Positions 53,522 through 62,584 of a DNA stretch of 64,000 bases are shown here, in pieces; position 1 is the stretch's first letter, and each line of letters opens with the position of its first letter. A model generated the notes under the pieces. The model searched no databases, was not told where the DNA came from, and saw only the letters and a program-made list of their open reading frames with translations. This DNA is from an uncultured Chloroflexia bacterium (GTDB lineage Bacteria; Chloroflexota; Limnocylindria; Limnocylindrales; CSP1-4): positions 448,001-512,000 of the forward strand of contig CAWFXA010000001.1 of the NCBI GenBank assembly GCA_963819655.1, written 5' to 3'. Both the position numbers and the translations under genes were made by a program.

Positions 53522-55147
53522 ATGTCCGCACGACCGACGACGACGATCTCACGATCGTCGGCACGAGCGATCCGCCGCCTCACGACCGCCGCCTTCGCAT
53601 CGGAGGTCCTGCTTGCCGGGATCGCCGTCGGGGCATCGGTCGCCCTCGCCGTCCGTGCCTTCGACCCGCGGCAATCGGTCGTCGATCCTGTCGTCGTCAT
53701 CGGCGCGGCCGCGGCGACAGTCGCGGTCCTCGTCCTCGGCGGACTCGCCTTCGCGACTGCCCGCATCCGTCGCCACGCGGCCGTGCTCGATTCGGAGCGG
53801 ACCGATCTGCGCGAGGCCTACGACCGAGCTCGGCTCGATTCGCTGCGTGACGGCCTGACCGGCCTCGGCAACCATCGAGCGTTCCAGGAGGAGCTCGACG
53901 CCCAGGTGGCAGCGGCCCGGGACGACGAGTCGCCACTGGCCCTGCTGATCATCGATGTCGACGATCTCAAGAAGATCAACGATCGCAAGGGTCATGCAGC
54001 CGGCGATGAGTTGCTGCGAACGGTCGCCCAGGTCATGCGGGCGAACCTCCGACGGTCGGACCGTGCCTACCGGCTCGGCGGCGACGAATTCGCCCTGTTG
54101 CTGCCCGGCTGCGAGATCGACGACGCGGGGATCATCGCCAACCACCTGCTGGCCGCGACGCTCAGCGGGCACCACGGCCGCATCGGCGCGTTCTCGGTGA
54201 CGATCGGGATCTCCGCGTTCCCGGCTCCGAGTGCCGATCGACAGCAGCTGCTCCACCACGCCGACGCCGCCATGTACTCGGGGAAGCGGCACGGCCGGAC
54301 CAAGGTCGAACGGTTCGATCCACAGCGACACGGCATCGCCGACGACCCCAGGACACTCGCGCAGCTGGTCGCGTCGGTGGAGCGGGTGACCTCGAACGGC
54401 CAGTTACGGGCCGTCTACCAGCCGATCTTCTCGTTGCGGACCGGCGAAGTCAGCGGGTTCGAGGGCCTCGTCCGGCTCGGCCCCGACGCGGAGTTCGACG
54501 AACCGACCGCGCTCTTCGTCGCGGCCGAGGCGACCAGCCGGACGATCGAGCTCGATGTGGTGTGTGCGCAGACCGTCCTCGCCGGTGCGCGGGACCTCCA
54601 GCCCAACCAGTACCTGTCGATCAATCTCTCACCGCGGACACTGGAGTCCGACGCGTTCAGTCCGCTCGAAGTGGTCGCCCTCGCGCGACGACACGGCGTA
54701 CCCCCGGAGCAGCTCGTCATCGAGCTCACCGAACGCGAGGCGGTGGAGGATCTCGAAAGCCTCCGTGCCGCCGTCGCGACCCTGCGCCGCCAGGGCGTGC
54801 GCATCGCGCTCGACGACATCGGGGCGGGTAACGCCGGTCTGCGCCTGCTGAGCGAGGTCGATTTCGACATCATGAAGATCGACCTGTCGCTGGTTCGGGC
54901 AGGCGCCACGCACGAGCCGTCGGAGGCGGTCCTGCGCGCACTGGGCAGTTTCGCCCGCCAGCGCGGTCACCAGATCGTCGCGGAAGGGATCGAGACGCCC
55001 GATCTGCTCGAGGCGGTGTTGGAGCTCCAGTACGACGCTGGTCAGGGATACCTGTTCGGGCGGCCGGCCTCGACGATGGCGATGACCAATCTCAAGCTGG
55101 TGGATCTGATCACCGGCGCCGGCCGCTCCGAGGATCCAGCCGCCTGA
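53522..55147 (+). CDS. Two-TM GGDEF-EAL protein
   Basis: DGLTGLGN, RRSD..RLGGDEF, YQPIF, EGL, DDIGAG and VAEGIET motifs; start uncertain (53480-53522). Confidence 0.9.
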   Translation: MSARPTTTISRSSARAIRRLTTAAFASEVLLAGIAVGASVALAVRAFDPRQSVVDPVVVIGAAAATVAVLVLGGLAFATARIRRHAAVLDSERTDLREAYDRARLDSLRDGLTGLGNHRAFQEELDAQVAAARDDESPLALLIIDVDDLKKINDRKGHAAGDELLRTVAQVMRANLRRSDRAYRLGGDEFALLLPGCEIDDAGIIANHLLAATLSGHHGRIGAFSVTIGISAFPAPSADRQQLLHHADAAMYSGKRHGRTKVERFDPQRHGIADDPRTLAQLVASVERVTSNGQLRAVYQPIFSLRTGEVSGFEGLVRLGPDAEFDEPTALFVAAEATSRTIELDVVCAQTVLAGARDLQPNQYLSINLSPRTLESDAFSPLEVVALARRHGVPPEQLVIELTEREAVEDLESLRAAVATLRRQGVRIALDDIGAGNAGLRLLSEVDFDIMKIDLSLVRAGATHEPSEAVLRALGSFARQRGHQIVAEGIETPDLLEAVLELQYDAGQGYLFGRPASTMAMTNLKLVDLITGAGRSEDPAA

Positions 55148-55527
55148 CCAGCTGCTTGCCACGCAGGCCGGCTCGGGCGGCATGTTGAGCAGCATCGACA
55201 TGTGGCTGCTGGTCGGTTGGTGCCGCTCACGCTCGGGCTGGCGTGCGGCGCCGTGGCGATCGTCGTGGCTCGGCGATCCGCGTTAGAGCGGCATCGGCCA
55301 CCGTCGAGATCGGCGACGATCGGCGGCACGGCGCACAAGGCGCACACGGCGGACCATGCGCCTCGCGATTCTGGTGGCAGCAGACGATCCGGCGCTTGGA
55401 GTGCCATAAGGCCATCGACGGCCGGTTGCCAACGCCTCGCACACGCTCGGCCGTGAGCGAATACCCGCATCAACCCACCGTTACCGCCTCCGAACGCCCC
55501 GATCGTCTGGTGGGGGCAGAATCAGGA

Positions 55528-55610
55528 CCGACACCGGGCTCACGGGGGCGGGGACGAGCCGACACCGGGCACGAGCCGACACCGGGCTCATGGGGGCCGG
55601 GCACGAGCCG
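55528..55610. repeat. Short degenerate intergenic repeat (CCGACACCGGGC x3, ACGAGCCG x3)
   Basis: Seen directly between the convergent GGDEF-EAL and pheA genes. Confidence 0.6.
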
Positions 55611-55642
55611 CCTGACCACCTGACAGGCGGTCGGACCGCGTA

Positions 55643-56482
55643 TCAGGCGTCGGGGCTCGGATAACTGCCCAGGACCCTGGTCATCGTCGTGACGCCGCGG
55701 ACCTCGTCCAGCGCGGCCGCCATCGCGGGATCGGCCATGTCGCCGTCGAGGTCGATCCAGAAGACGTATTCCCACGCCCGCTCGCGGCTCGGGCGCGACT
55801 CGAGCTTGCGCATGTTCAGGCCGTGGGCGGCGATGACCCGCAGGACGGCGAGCAGGGTCCCGGGCTCGTTGCGCACAGCGACGACGAGCGTCGTCCGACG
55901 CATCGTTGGCGGGTCGATGAGGTCGGGCGGCTGGCCGTCGGGTCTGGCCAGGAGGAGGAACCGCGTCCGGTTGTCGGGCAGGTCGCCGATGTCGTCGGCC
56001 AGGACCTCGAGGCCGAACAGGGCCGCCGCCCGCGGCGACAGCACGGCGGCTGCGCCACGCTCACCGCTGTCCGCGATGGCCTTGCCGGCGCCGGCGGTGT
56101 TGTAGGTCGAGAGCAGCTGCCATGGCCGCGATCGAAGGAACACCTCCGCCTGGCCGAGGGCCTGGATGTGCGAGTACACGCGCTCGATGTCGTCGATCCG
56201 CTGGCCCGCGACGGCAGCGAGGCAGAGCCGGACCGGCACCACGATCTCGCCGCGGATCACGAGGTCGTACTCGACCAGGAGGTCGTAGTTCTCGCGGACC
56301 GTCCCGTTGATGACGTTCTCGATCGGGACGACGCCCGCGTCCGCCTCGCCGTCGGTCACGGCACGGAACACGGCCCTGAAGCTCGCCACGCTCGTGCGCG
56401 CCACGTCGCCGAACGCGGCAAGGACCGCGTCCTCGGCGAACGCACCGGGTTCGCCGGCGAACACGATGGGGAGACTGGGCAT
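55643..56482 (-). CDS. pheA: Prephenate dehydratase with ACT domain
   Basis: GEPGAFAE, GVVPIEN, VYSHIQALGQ, NRTRF and KLESRP motifs. Confidence 0.92.
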   Translation of the reverse strand: MPSLPIVFAGEPGAFAEDAVLAAFGDVARTSVASFRAVFRAVTDGEADAGVVPIENVINGTVRENYDLLVEYDLVIRGEIVVPVRLCLAAVAGQRIDDIERVYSHIQALGQAEVFLRSRPWQLLSTYNTAGAGKAIADSGERGAAAVLSPRAAALFGLEVLADDIGDLPDNRTRFLLLARPDGQPPDLIDPPTMRRTTLVVAVRNEPGTLLAVLRVIAAHGLNMRKLESRPSRERAWEYVFWIDLDGDMADPAMAAALDEVRGVTTMTRVLGSYPSPDA

Positions 56483-56608
56483 GCGCGAGTCTAGTCACCC
56501 CCACGCCCGGCGATGGTCCCATCGCCACCCATACCTCCAGCGTGGTGCGTGGAGAGGCCACGTTGGATACAACAGGACGACGACCCTCGAGACCTAGGAC
56601 CGTGCCGT

Positions 56609-59297
56609 TTGCCGAGTTTCAACAGGGGCATCCGCAGCCATCGAGAGCCACAGGCAGGCACATCCGCTGACGCTCGCTCGCTCAGCACTGTGCCGCTGCG
56701 GCATGGTCTCGTCGCATCCGCGGAACGGATCCCCACGCACGTCCGCGTCTGGGCCCTGACCGCCTTCCTGGCGGCGCTGGCCGTCGTCGGTTACGCGGTC
56801 CTGCTGGTCGATCGTCCGGGCCGCGAGGTGCCGATCGCCATCCCGTGGCCGGTGATCGCATTCGGGTTCCTCGTCGCCGAGCTCAAGGTGGTGCAGGTCC
56901 ATTTCCGCCGCGAGACGCACGCGTTCTCGCTGAGCGAGTTCCCGGCGGTCATCGGCATGTTCTTCCTGCCGCCCGCGGAGTACCTCCTGGCTGTCCTCGT
57001 CGGATCGGCAGCCGCCTTCGTGCTCACCGGCTCGCGCCCCGTCAAGCTCGCGTTCAACCTCGCGAACTACGGGCTGATCGCGGTCATCTCGATGGCGATC
57101 CTCCTGTCGATCGCATCGCCGACCGGTCCGCCCGGCATCCGCGAGTGGGCCGCGGCCTTCACCGCGACCACGTTCGCGACGGTCCTCAGCTCGATCACGA
57201 TCGCCCTCGTCATCACCCTCTCGGGCGGCGCACCGCAATTCCAGAAGCTGCCCGAGATGATCCAGTTCGGGAGCATGGTCGCGCTGGCGAACACGAGTCT
57301 CGCGCTGCTCGCCGTCACGATCCTGTGGCTCCAGCCCATCATGCTGTGGCTTCTCGTGCTCCCGCTCGTGATGATCTTCGTCGCCTACCAGGCGTACATC
57401 TCCGAACGCGAGAAGCACGAACGGCTCGAGCTGCTCTACGAGTCCTCGCGGATCCTGCAGCTGTCGCCGGAGATCGATTTCACGCTCGTGGCGCTTCTCA
57501 GCCACGCCCGCACGATGTTCCGGGCGGAGCTCGCCGAGGTCATCCTCTACCCGCGATCACCGGACGCCGAGGGCCTGTGGGCGCGGTCGTGGCACGACCG
57601 GGACCCCGAGGTCTCCAGCCCCACCAGCGACGCCCTCCAGGACTCGCTCCACGATCTCGTCCGATCGTCGACCGGGCCGTTCATGCACGAGACCCGCGAT
57701 CCGGACGGACGCGTGCGACGGCACATGGTCAGCGCGCTGCGCGGCGAGTCGGACATCATCGGCTCGATGGTCATCACCAATCGGTTGACGGAGGGGACCT
57801 CGTTCGGGGACGACGATCTCCGGTTGCTGGAGACCCTCGCCAACCAGACGGCGGTCGCCCTCGAGAACGGCCACCTGGAGCAGTCGCTGGCCGAGCTCTC
57901 TCGCCTCAAGGAGCAGCTCCGCCACCAGGCCTACCACGACCCGCTCACCGGTCTGCCGAACCGGACCCTCTTCCTCGAATCGGTGGGTGAGCGGATCGGT
58001 TCGACCGGCCCCGAGATGCCGGTCGTCATGTTCCTTGACCTCGATGACTTCAAAGTCGTCAACGACACCCTCGGTCACGAGGCGGGGGATCGGCTGCTGT
58101 GTGATGTGGCGGGCCGTCTGCGGACGACCCTGCGGTCCGGGGATATCGCCGCCAGGCTCGGCGGCGACGAGTTCGCGATCCTGCTCGACGACGACCCGGG
58201 TCTTGCCCGAGCCGAAGCGGTCGCCGACCGGATCATCGACGCGCTCCGCGCGACGTTCCCGCTCGAAGGGCAGGAGATCACGATCGGGGTCAGCATCGGC
58301 ATCGCCGCGGCCCGATCGGGCATCAGCGCGGACGAACTGCTGCGCAACGCGGATGTCGCCATGTACACGGCGAAGGCCACCGGCAAGAACAGGGTCTCGG
58401 TCTTCGAGCCGACCGTCCATGCCGCGATCGTCGCCCGCCACGAGCTGAGCGCCGAGCTGTCGCGCAGCCTCGGTCGCGGCGAGCTCCACGTCTTCTACCA
58501 GCCGATCGTGGAGTTGGCGACCCGTCGCGTGACCGGGGTCGAGGCATTGATCCGCTGGCAGCATCCGGTCCGCGGCCTGATCGGCCCGAGCGAGTTCGTG
58601 CACCTCGCCGAGGAGACGCGCCTGATCCGGCCGCTCGGTCGCTGGGTCCTGCTCGAGGCCTGCCGCCAGGCCGCCGACTGGGCCGCGGTCATCCCGGGCG
58701 GCGACGACCTGACGATGTCGGTCAACCTGTCCGCGCAACAGCTCCAGGAGCCCGACTTCGTCAACGACCTCCGCCAGATCATCGCCGACACCGGCATCCG
58801 CCCCCACCAGCTCGTCCTCGAGATGACCGAGACGGTCATGTTCCACGACACGCTGACGACCCTGTCCCGGCTTGCAGCCATCCGCGACCTGGGCGTGCGC
58901 ATCGCGATCGACGACTTCGGGACCGGCTACTCGTCGCTCGGCTACCTCCGCCGCTTCCGGGTCGACATCCTCAAGATCGCGCGCGACTTCATCGGACCGG
59001 CAGAGCGCGAAGAGGAGTGGGCGTTCGCGAGCGCGATCGTCGCGATCGGTCGATCACTCGGAGTGACGATGGTCGCCGAGGGCATCGAGGAGACCGGTCA
59101 GCTCGATCGGCTGCTCGCGCTGGGGTGCGAGCTTGGCCAGGGATACCTGTTCGCCCGCGCCAGCTCGGGCCGAGGACATCGGCGCGCTGCTCGGCGTCGA
59201 GCCGGCGGCGAGTCGCGCGACCGGGGAGCGGGCCGCCAAGGGCGGAACAGTGGCGTCGTCGGGCCGGCGACGGACCATGGCCATCGATCCGACCTAG
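56609..59297 (+). CDS. Polytopic membrane sensor - GAF - GGDEF - EAL protein; apparent frameshift near 59158, true stop probably TAG 59295-59297
   Basis: About 7-8 hydrophobic helices; GAF end F..DDLRLLETLANQ; HDPLTGLPNR, RLGGDEF, EALIRW, DDFGTGYSSL and GQGYLF motifs; shifted frame continues ARAEDIGALL. Start codon approximate. Confidence 0.88.
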
Positions 59298-59318
59298 GCC
59301 TGGGTTACCGAAGCCATC

Positions 59319-59915
59319 ATGTTCATCCTGTACGCGCTCGTGATCGGCGTCGGGGTCGGGCTCGCCCTCGGTGGGCGCCCCGCAGGGCTCGGCAGCCTGC
59401 GGTTCCGCTGGTCGGGCGTGATGCTCGCCGGGCTGCTCGTCCAGGTCGTGCTGTTCTCCGACGCGGTCGCGGGACGCATCGGCGCGCTCGGACCGCCGAT
59501 CTACGTGGCGTCGACCGTGTTGGTGCTCGCCGCAGTCGTCGCCAACCGCTCCATCCCGGGCATGGCCATCGTCGCGCTGGGCGCAGTGAGCAACCTTGCC
59601 GCGATCGTCGCCAACGGCGGGTACATGCCGGCGGCCCGATCCGCCCTGGACGCCCTCGGCAAGACCGATCCGACGACGTATTCCAACAGTGCGACCGTCG
59701 AGCATCCGGCCCTCGGGCCGCTGACGGACATCTTCGCGATGCCCTCGTGGCTGCCCTTCGCGAACGTGTTCAGCGTCGGCGATATCCTCATCGTCGCCGG
59801 TGTCGTGACGACGATCGTCCTGGCGATGCGGAGCCCCGCGCAGGACGGCGAAATGGGCAGGGGTGCCCCCGAGCAACTCCCCCATCCAGCCGACCTCGCC
59901 AGTACGGTCGAGTGA
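59319..59915 (+). CDS. DUF5317-like membrane protein, putative intramembrane peptidase
   Basis: LGGR...L.FRW, SNLAAIVANGGYMP, L.PLTDIF and NVFSVGDILI motifs recalled as DUF5317; about 5-6 TM helices. Confidence 0.8.
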   Translation: MFILYALVIGVGVGLALGGRPAGLGSLRFRWSGVMLAGLLVQVVLFSDAVAGRIGALGPPIYVASTVLVLAAVVANRSIPGMAIVALGAVSNLAAIVANGGYMPAARSALDALGKTDPTTYSNSATVEHPALGPLTDIFAMPSWLPFANVFSVGDILIVAGVVTTIVLAMRSPAQDGEMGRGAPEQLPHPADLASTVE

Positions 59916-59975
59916 CTGGTCCCGCGTCCTCGCCGGCCGCACCATCCCGAACGAGGGACGCTCGTCCCCCCGCTA

Positions 59976-60057
59976 ACCGGATCGTCCAGGGCAAACCCGT
60001 CGCGAGGCGGGGACGCAAAGCCAGGGATCTCTCATTCGAGACCGCCCGGCTGCCGGT
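59976..60057 (+). ncRNA. c-di-GMP-I (GEMM) riboswitch
   Basis: GGGCAAACCCGTC-GCGA-GGCGGGGACGCAAAGCCAGGGATCTC...GAGACCGCCCGGCTGCCGG matches the canonical GEMM-I pattern. Confidence 0.92.
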
Positions 60058-60095
60058 CCTGCGAGCGTCGACCCTTCGCTGAAGAAGGAGAACGC

Positions 60096-60185
60096 GTGAA
60101 GGCGAACCTGGCGCGCTTCACCTGGGCACTCACGCTCCTGGCCAGCATGGCCCTGACCGTGGGAGCCGGGATCCGGTGGAACTGA
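60096..60185 (+). CDS. 29-aa peptide MKANLARFTWALTLLASMALTVGAGIRWN (not in ORF track)
   Basis: AAGGAG at 60085-60090, 5 nt before the GTG; directly after the riboswitch; basic N-terminus plus hydrophobic core. Confidence 0.8.
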   Translation: MKANLARFTWALTLLASMALTVGAGIRWN

Positions 60186-60187
60186 CC

Positions 60188-60283
60188 GTGGCGGCATACG
60201 TCGCGGCCTCGACCGACCGGGTCCAGTCGACGACCGGGTACCACCCCGAGATCGTCATCGAGTCCGGGCACCGCTGGGGCTGA
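60188..60283 (+). CDS. 31-aa peptide MAAYVAASTDRVQSTTGYHPEIVIESGHRWG (not in ORF track)
   Basis: GTG starts 2 nt after the stop of peptide 1; GC3-rich codons; shares the terminal G-x-R-W-x motif. Confidence 0.6.
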   Translation: MAAYVAASTDRVQSTTGYHPEIVIESGHRWG

Positions 60284-60427
60284 GTTCCAGCGAGCCGATC
60301 TCATCGAGGGGCGCCGGCCACGCCGGCGCCCCTCGTACGTGTCCGGGATGGGCGCCTGGCCTCCGGAACGGGGATCCTGGACCCACTCGTGCATGGTGCT
60401 ACTCTTGTGTGCATGGGAGGACCGCGC

Positions 60428-61210
60428 ATGACGGTTCCCTGGGTGGATGCCCCCCCGGAAGACGCTCGCCGCGCTCTTGTGCTCCATGATCGCCCAGCGG
60501 TCGTGGACCTCATCGAGCTGACGCTGAACCACGGTCTCTTCGTGGTCCGAGCCGCGCAGACCCTGACCGAGGCGATGGATCTCCTCGCGACGTGGCACCC
60601 GCATATGGCCGTCGTCGACATGGATCACGACGAGAGTGCCGACTTGCTCAAGCGCCTGGGCGCCTCCAATAACCTGGCGGCGAGCGGCACGCCCGTCCTC
60701 GGCCTCACGCGCCGCGGCGATCTGCGGAACAAGCTCAAGGCATTCGACCTCGGGGTGGACGACATCCTGGCGATGCCGTTCTCACCGGAAGAGTTGTTGG
60801 CCCGGTCGATCGTGATCACGCGTCGGGCTTCGGGGGTCGACCGACCGATCGTCCCCACGATCAGACTCGGCGAGATGGAGATCGACATCGTCAATCGTGT
60901 GGTCCGTGCGGGCTCTTCCGTGATCCACCTGAGCTCCATCGAGCAGAGCCTGTTGTACCTGCTTGCCAGCCGGGGTGGTCGGGTGATCTCCCGGGACGAG
61001 ATCCTGGACGGCGTCTGGGGCACCGACTTCGTGGCCGAGAGCAACATCGTCGATCGCCATATCCGGAGCCTGCGGATCAAGCTGCAGAACGACTACCGCC
61101 ACCCGCGCTTCATCGAGACGGTCCCGGGCAAGGGCTATCGGTTCATCCCGACATTCTCGAACCAGGGCTGGGACGGTGGGTCCGGCGCGGCCGAGGATCC
61201 GCCCGACTGA
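60428..61210 (+). CDS. OmpR-family response regulator (no adjacent kinase)
   Basis: GGAGG RBS; VVDMD, GVDD...PFSPEELLAR, VDRHIRSLR.KL and IETVPGKGYRF motifs. Confidence 0.9.
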   Translation: MTVPWVDAPPEDARRALVLHDRPAVVDLIELTLNHGLFVVRAAQTLTEAMDLLATWHPHMAVVDMDHDESADLLKRLGASNNLAASGTPVLGLTRRGDLRNKLKAFDLGVDDILAMPFSPEELLARSIVITRRASGVDRPIVPTIRLGEMEIDIVNRVVRAGSSVIHLSSIEQSLLYLLASRGGRVISRDEILDGVWGTDFVAESNIVDRHIRSLRIKLQNDYRHPRFIETVPGKGYRFIPTFSNQGWDGGSGAAEDPPD

Positions 61211-61347
61211 CGAGATGACGGTTCGTCATGACGAGCCGTCATGACGACAACAGACTCGCCCCAGTCCCCGAAGCGTTGGACGGTCTGCGACCTGGGGGGC
61301 GGGACATCCAGCAGGGGTGCTTCGGGGACATAACCTGCCCCCCGGGC

Positions 61348-61923
61348 TCAGCGCCCCTGAGCGGCTGGGCGTGCGCCCGACACGATCCCTTCCCAGAACT
61401 CGACCGCGGCGCCCTCATACAGCAGGCCCATCCTCAACGTCTCGCCGCGCCAGTGTTCGACCGTCCGCTCGCCCTTTCCTGGCCCGCCGGGGCGATGCTC
61501 GAACCGCTCCTCCTCCTTGTACGCCGCCAGCTTCGCGCGATGGATCGCGAGCTGCTGCTCGGCAAGTCGCAGCCTGGCGTCCGCGGACGCCAGGTCGGCG
61601 AAGAACAGCTGCAGGAGCCCGGGATCGCGAAGTTCCGTGGGCACGTCGGACGGCCGGTCGAGCCACTCATCGAGGGCCGCGACACCGGCATTCGTGATCG
61701 TGAAGACGCGTCGCCGCCGGCCTTCGGTCTCGCGCGTCTCGGTAAGCAGGCCAAGGGCAGCGAGACGGGGAGGTTCGCTGTACAGAAGGGTGTGCGGGAA
61801 GGACCAGAAGTTTCCCAGCGTTGCTCGAACGTGGCGCTCCAGGTCGTAGGGCGTGGACGGTCCTTCCCGTGCGAGGAGCCCAAGGACGAGGTAGGACGTG
61901 GGGGTCAGGGTCCCGCTTGACAT
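61348..61923 (-). CDS. PadR-family transcriptional regulator
   Basis: VLGLL..GP..PYDL..NFWS...LY..RRVFTIT.AG motif pattern. Confidence 0.88.
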   Translation of the reverse strand: MSSGTLTPTSYLVLGLLAREGPSTPYDLERHVRATLGNFWSFPHTLLYSEPPRLAALGLLTETRETEGRRRRVFTITNAGVAALDEWLDRPSDVPTELRDPGLLQLFFADLASADARLRLAEQQLAIHRAKLAAYKEEERFEHRPGGPGKGERTVEHWRGETLRMGLLYEGAAVEFWEGIVSGARPAAQGR

Positions 61924-61930
61924 AATACGC

Positions 61931-61945
61931 ATCGTACCATACGAT
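61931..61945. promoter_or_regulatory. Candidate PadR operator (ATCGTA-N3-TACGAT)
   Basis: Perfect 6-bp inverted repeat in the AT-richer divergent promoter region just upstream of the padR start. Confidence 0.45.
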
Positions 61946-62067
61946 ACGAACTATTCCGCACTGTCCACACCGGACCAGTCGCCGGGGAAATCCAAACCCG
62001 GTGGGCATCCACGATGCTCGAACCTGGACCCGCTCACGCCAGCGCGGCCAGTAGCAAGGGTGGTTAC

Positions 62068-62505
62068 ATGACCACGGAAACCCTGAGGATGATCGAGCGG
62101 ATCCCGCTCGAGGTCCTGAACAACGGCAACTTCGGTCTTCTCGACGAGATCGTGTCGACTGATTTCGTCGAGCACTATGCCCAGCAGGGCGTGCCCCCGA
62201 CGCGCGAGGGCTTCAAGCAGACCGTGACCGCGCTCAAGACCGCGTTCCCCGATCTCCACTACACGATCGACGACGCGCTCGAGAGTGGCGACAAGATCAT
62301 CCATCGCCTGACCGCGAGCGGCACCATGAAGGGTGACTTCATGGGCATCCCCGCGACGGGCAAGCGAGCGACGTGGACCGAGATCCACATCGGGAAGGTC
62401 GCCAATGGGCGCCTGACCGAGCACTGGGGTCTCGTCGATCAGCTGGGCATGCTCGTCCAGCTCGGCGTCGTTCCTGCCCCTGGCAGGGTCCCCGTCACGG
62501 TCTAA
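62068..62505 (+). CDS. SnoaL-like ester cyclase
   Basis: AFPDLH, SGT.KG.FMGIPATGK and EHWG motifs. Confidence 0.88.
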   Translation: MTTETLRMIERIPLEVLNNGNFGLLDEIVSTDFVEHYAQQGVPPTREGFKQTVTALKTAFPDLHYTIDDALESGDKIIHRLTASGTMKGDFMGIPATGKRATWTEIHIGKVANGRLTEHWGLVDQLGMLVQLGVVPAPGRVPVTV

Positions 62506-62525
62506 GTCGTCGACGACGACGCGAT

Positions 62526-62553
62526 GAAGGCCCCGGCATACGCCGGGGCCTTC
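62526..62553. terminator. Intrinsic terminator-like hairpin between convergent genes
   Basis: GAAGGCCCCGGC-ATAC-GCCGGGGCCTTC, a 12-bp perfect stem. Confidence 0.75.
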
Positions 62554-62584
62554 GTGCGTCCCACTCGAAACGGCGGCGTGTCGG

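Noticed and set aside
55528-55610. CRISPR-like array
   Set aside because: Units are about 12 bp with irregular spacing, no 30-40 bp unique spacers and no cas genes.
59976-60057. cGAMP-selective (GEMM-Ib) variant
   Set aside because: The base equivalent to G20, just before GC-AAAC or GC-ACAC, is G in both aptamers, which favours c-di-GMP; only a binding assay would settle it.
56513-60082. 1189-aa ORF as a single protein
   Set aside because: The Arg-rich tail after GYLFAR is out-of-frame read-through overlapping DUF5317 and the riboswitch; the real stop is probably 59297.
60096-60185. Lipoprotein, pilin or known RiPP precursor
   Set aside because: There is no Cys lipobox, no prepilin G-F-x-x-x-E motif and no nearby modifying enzymes.
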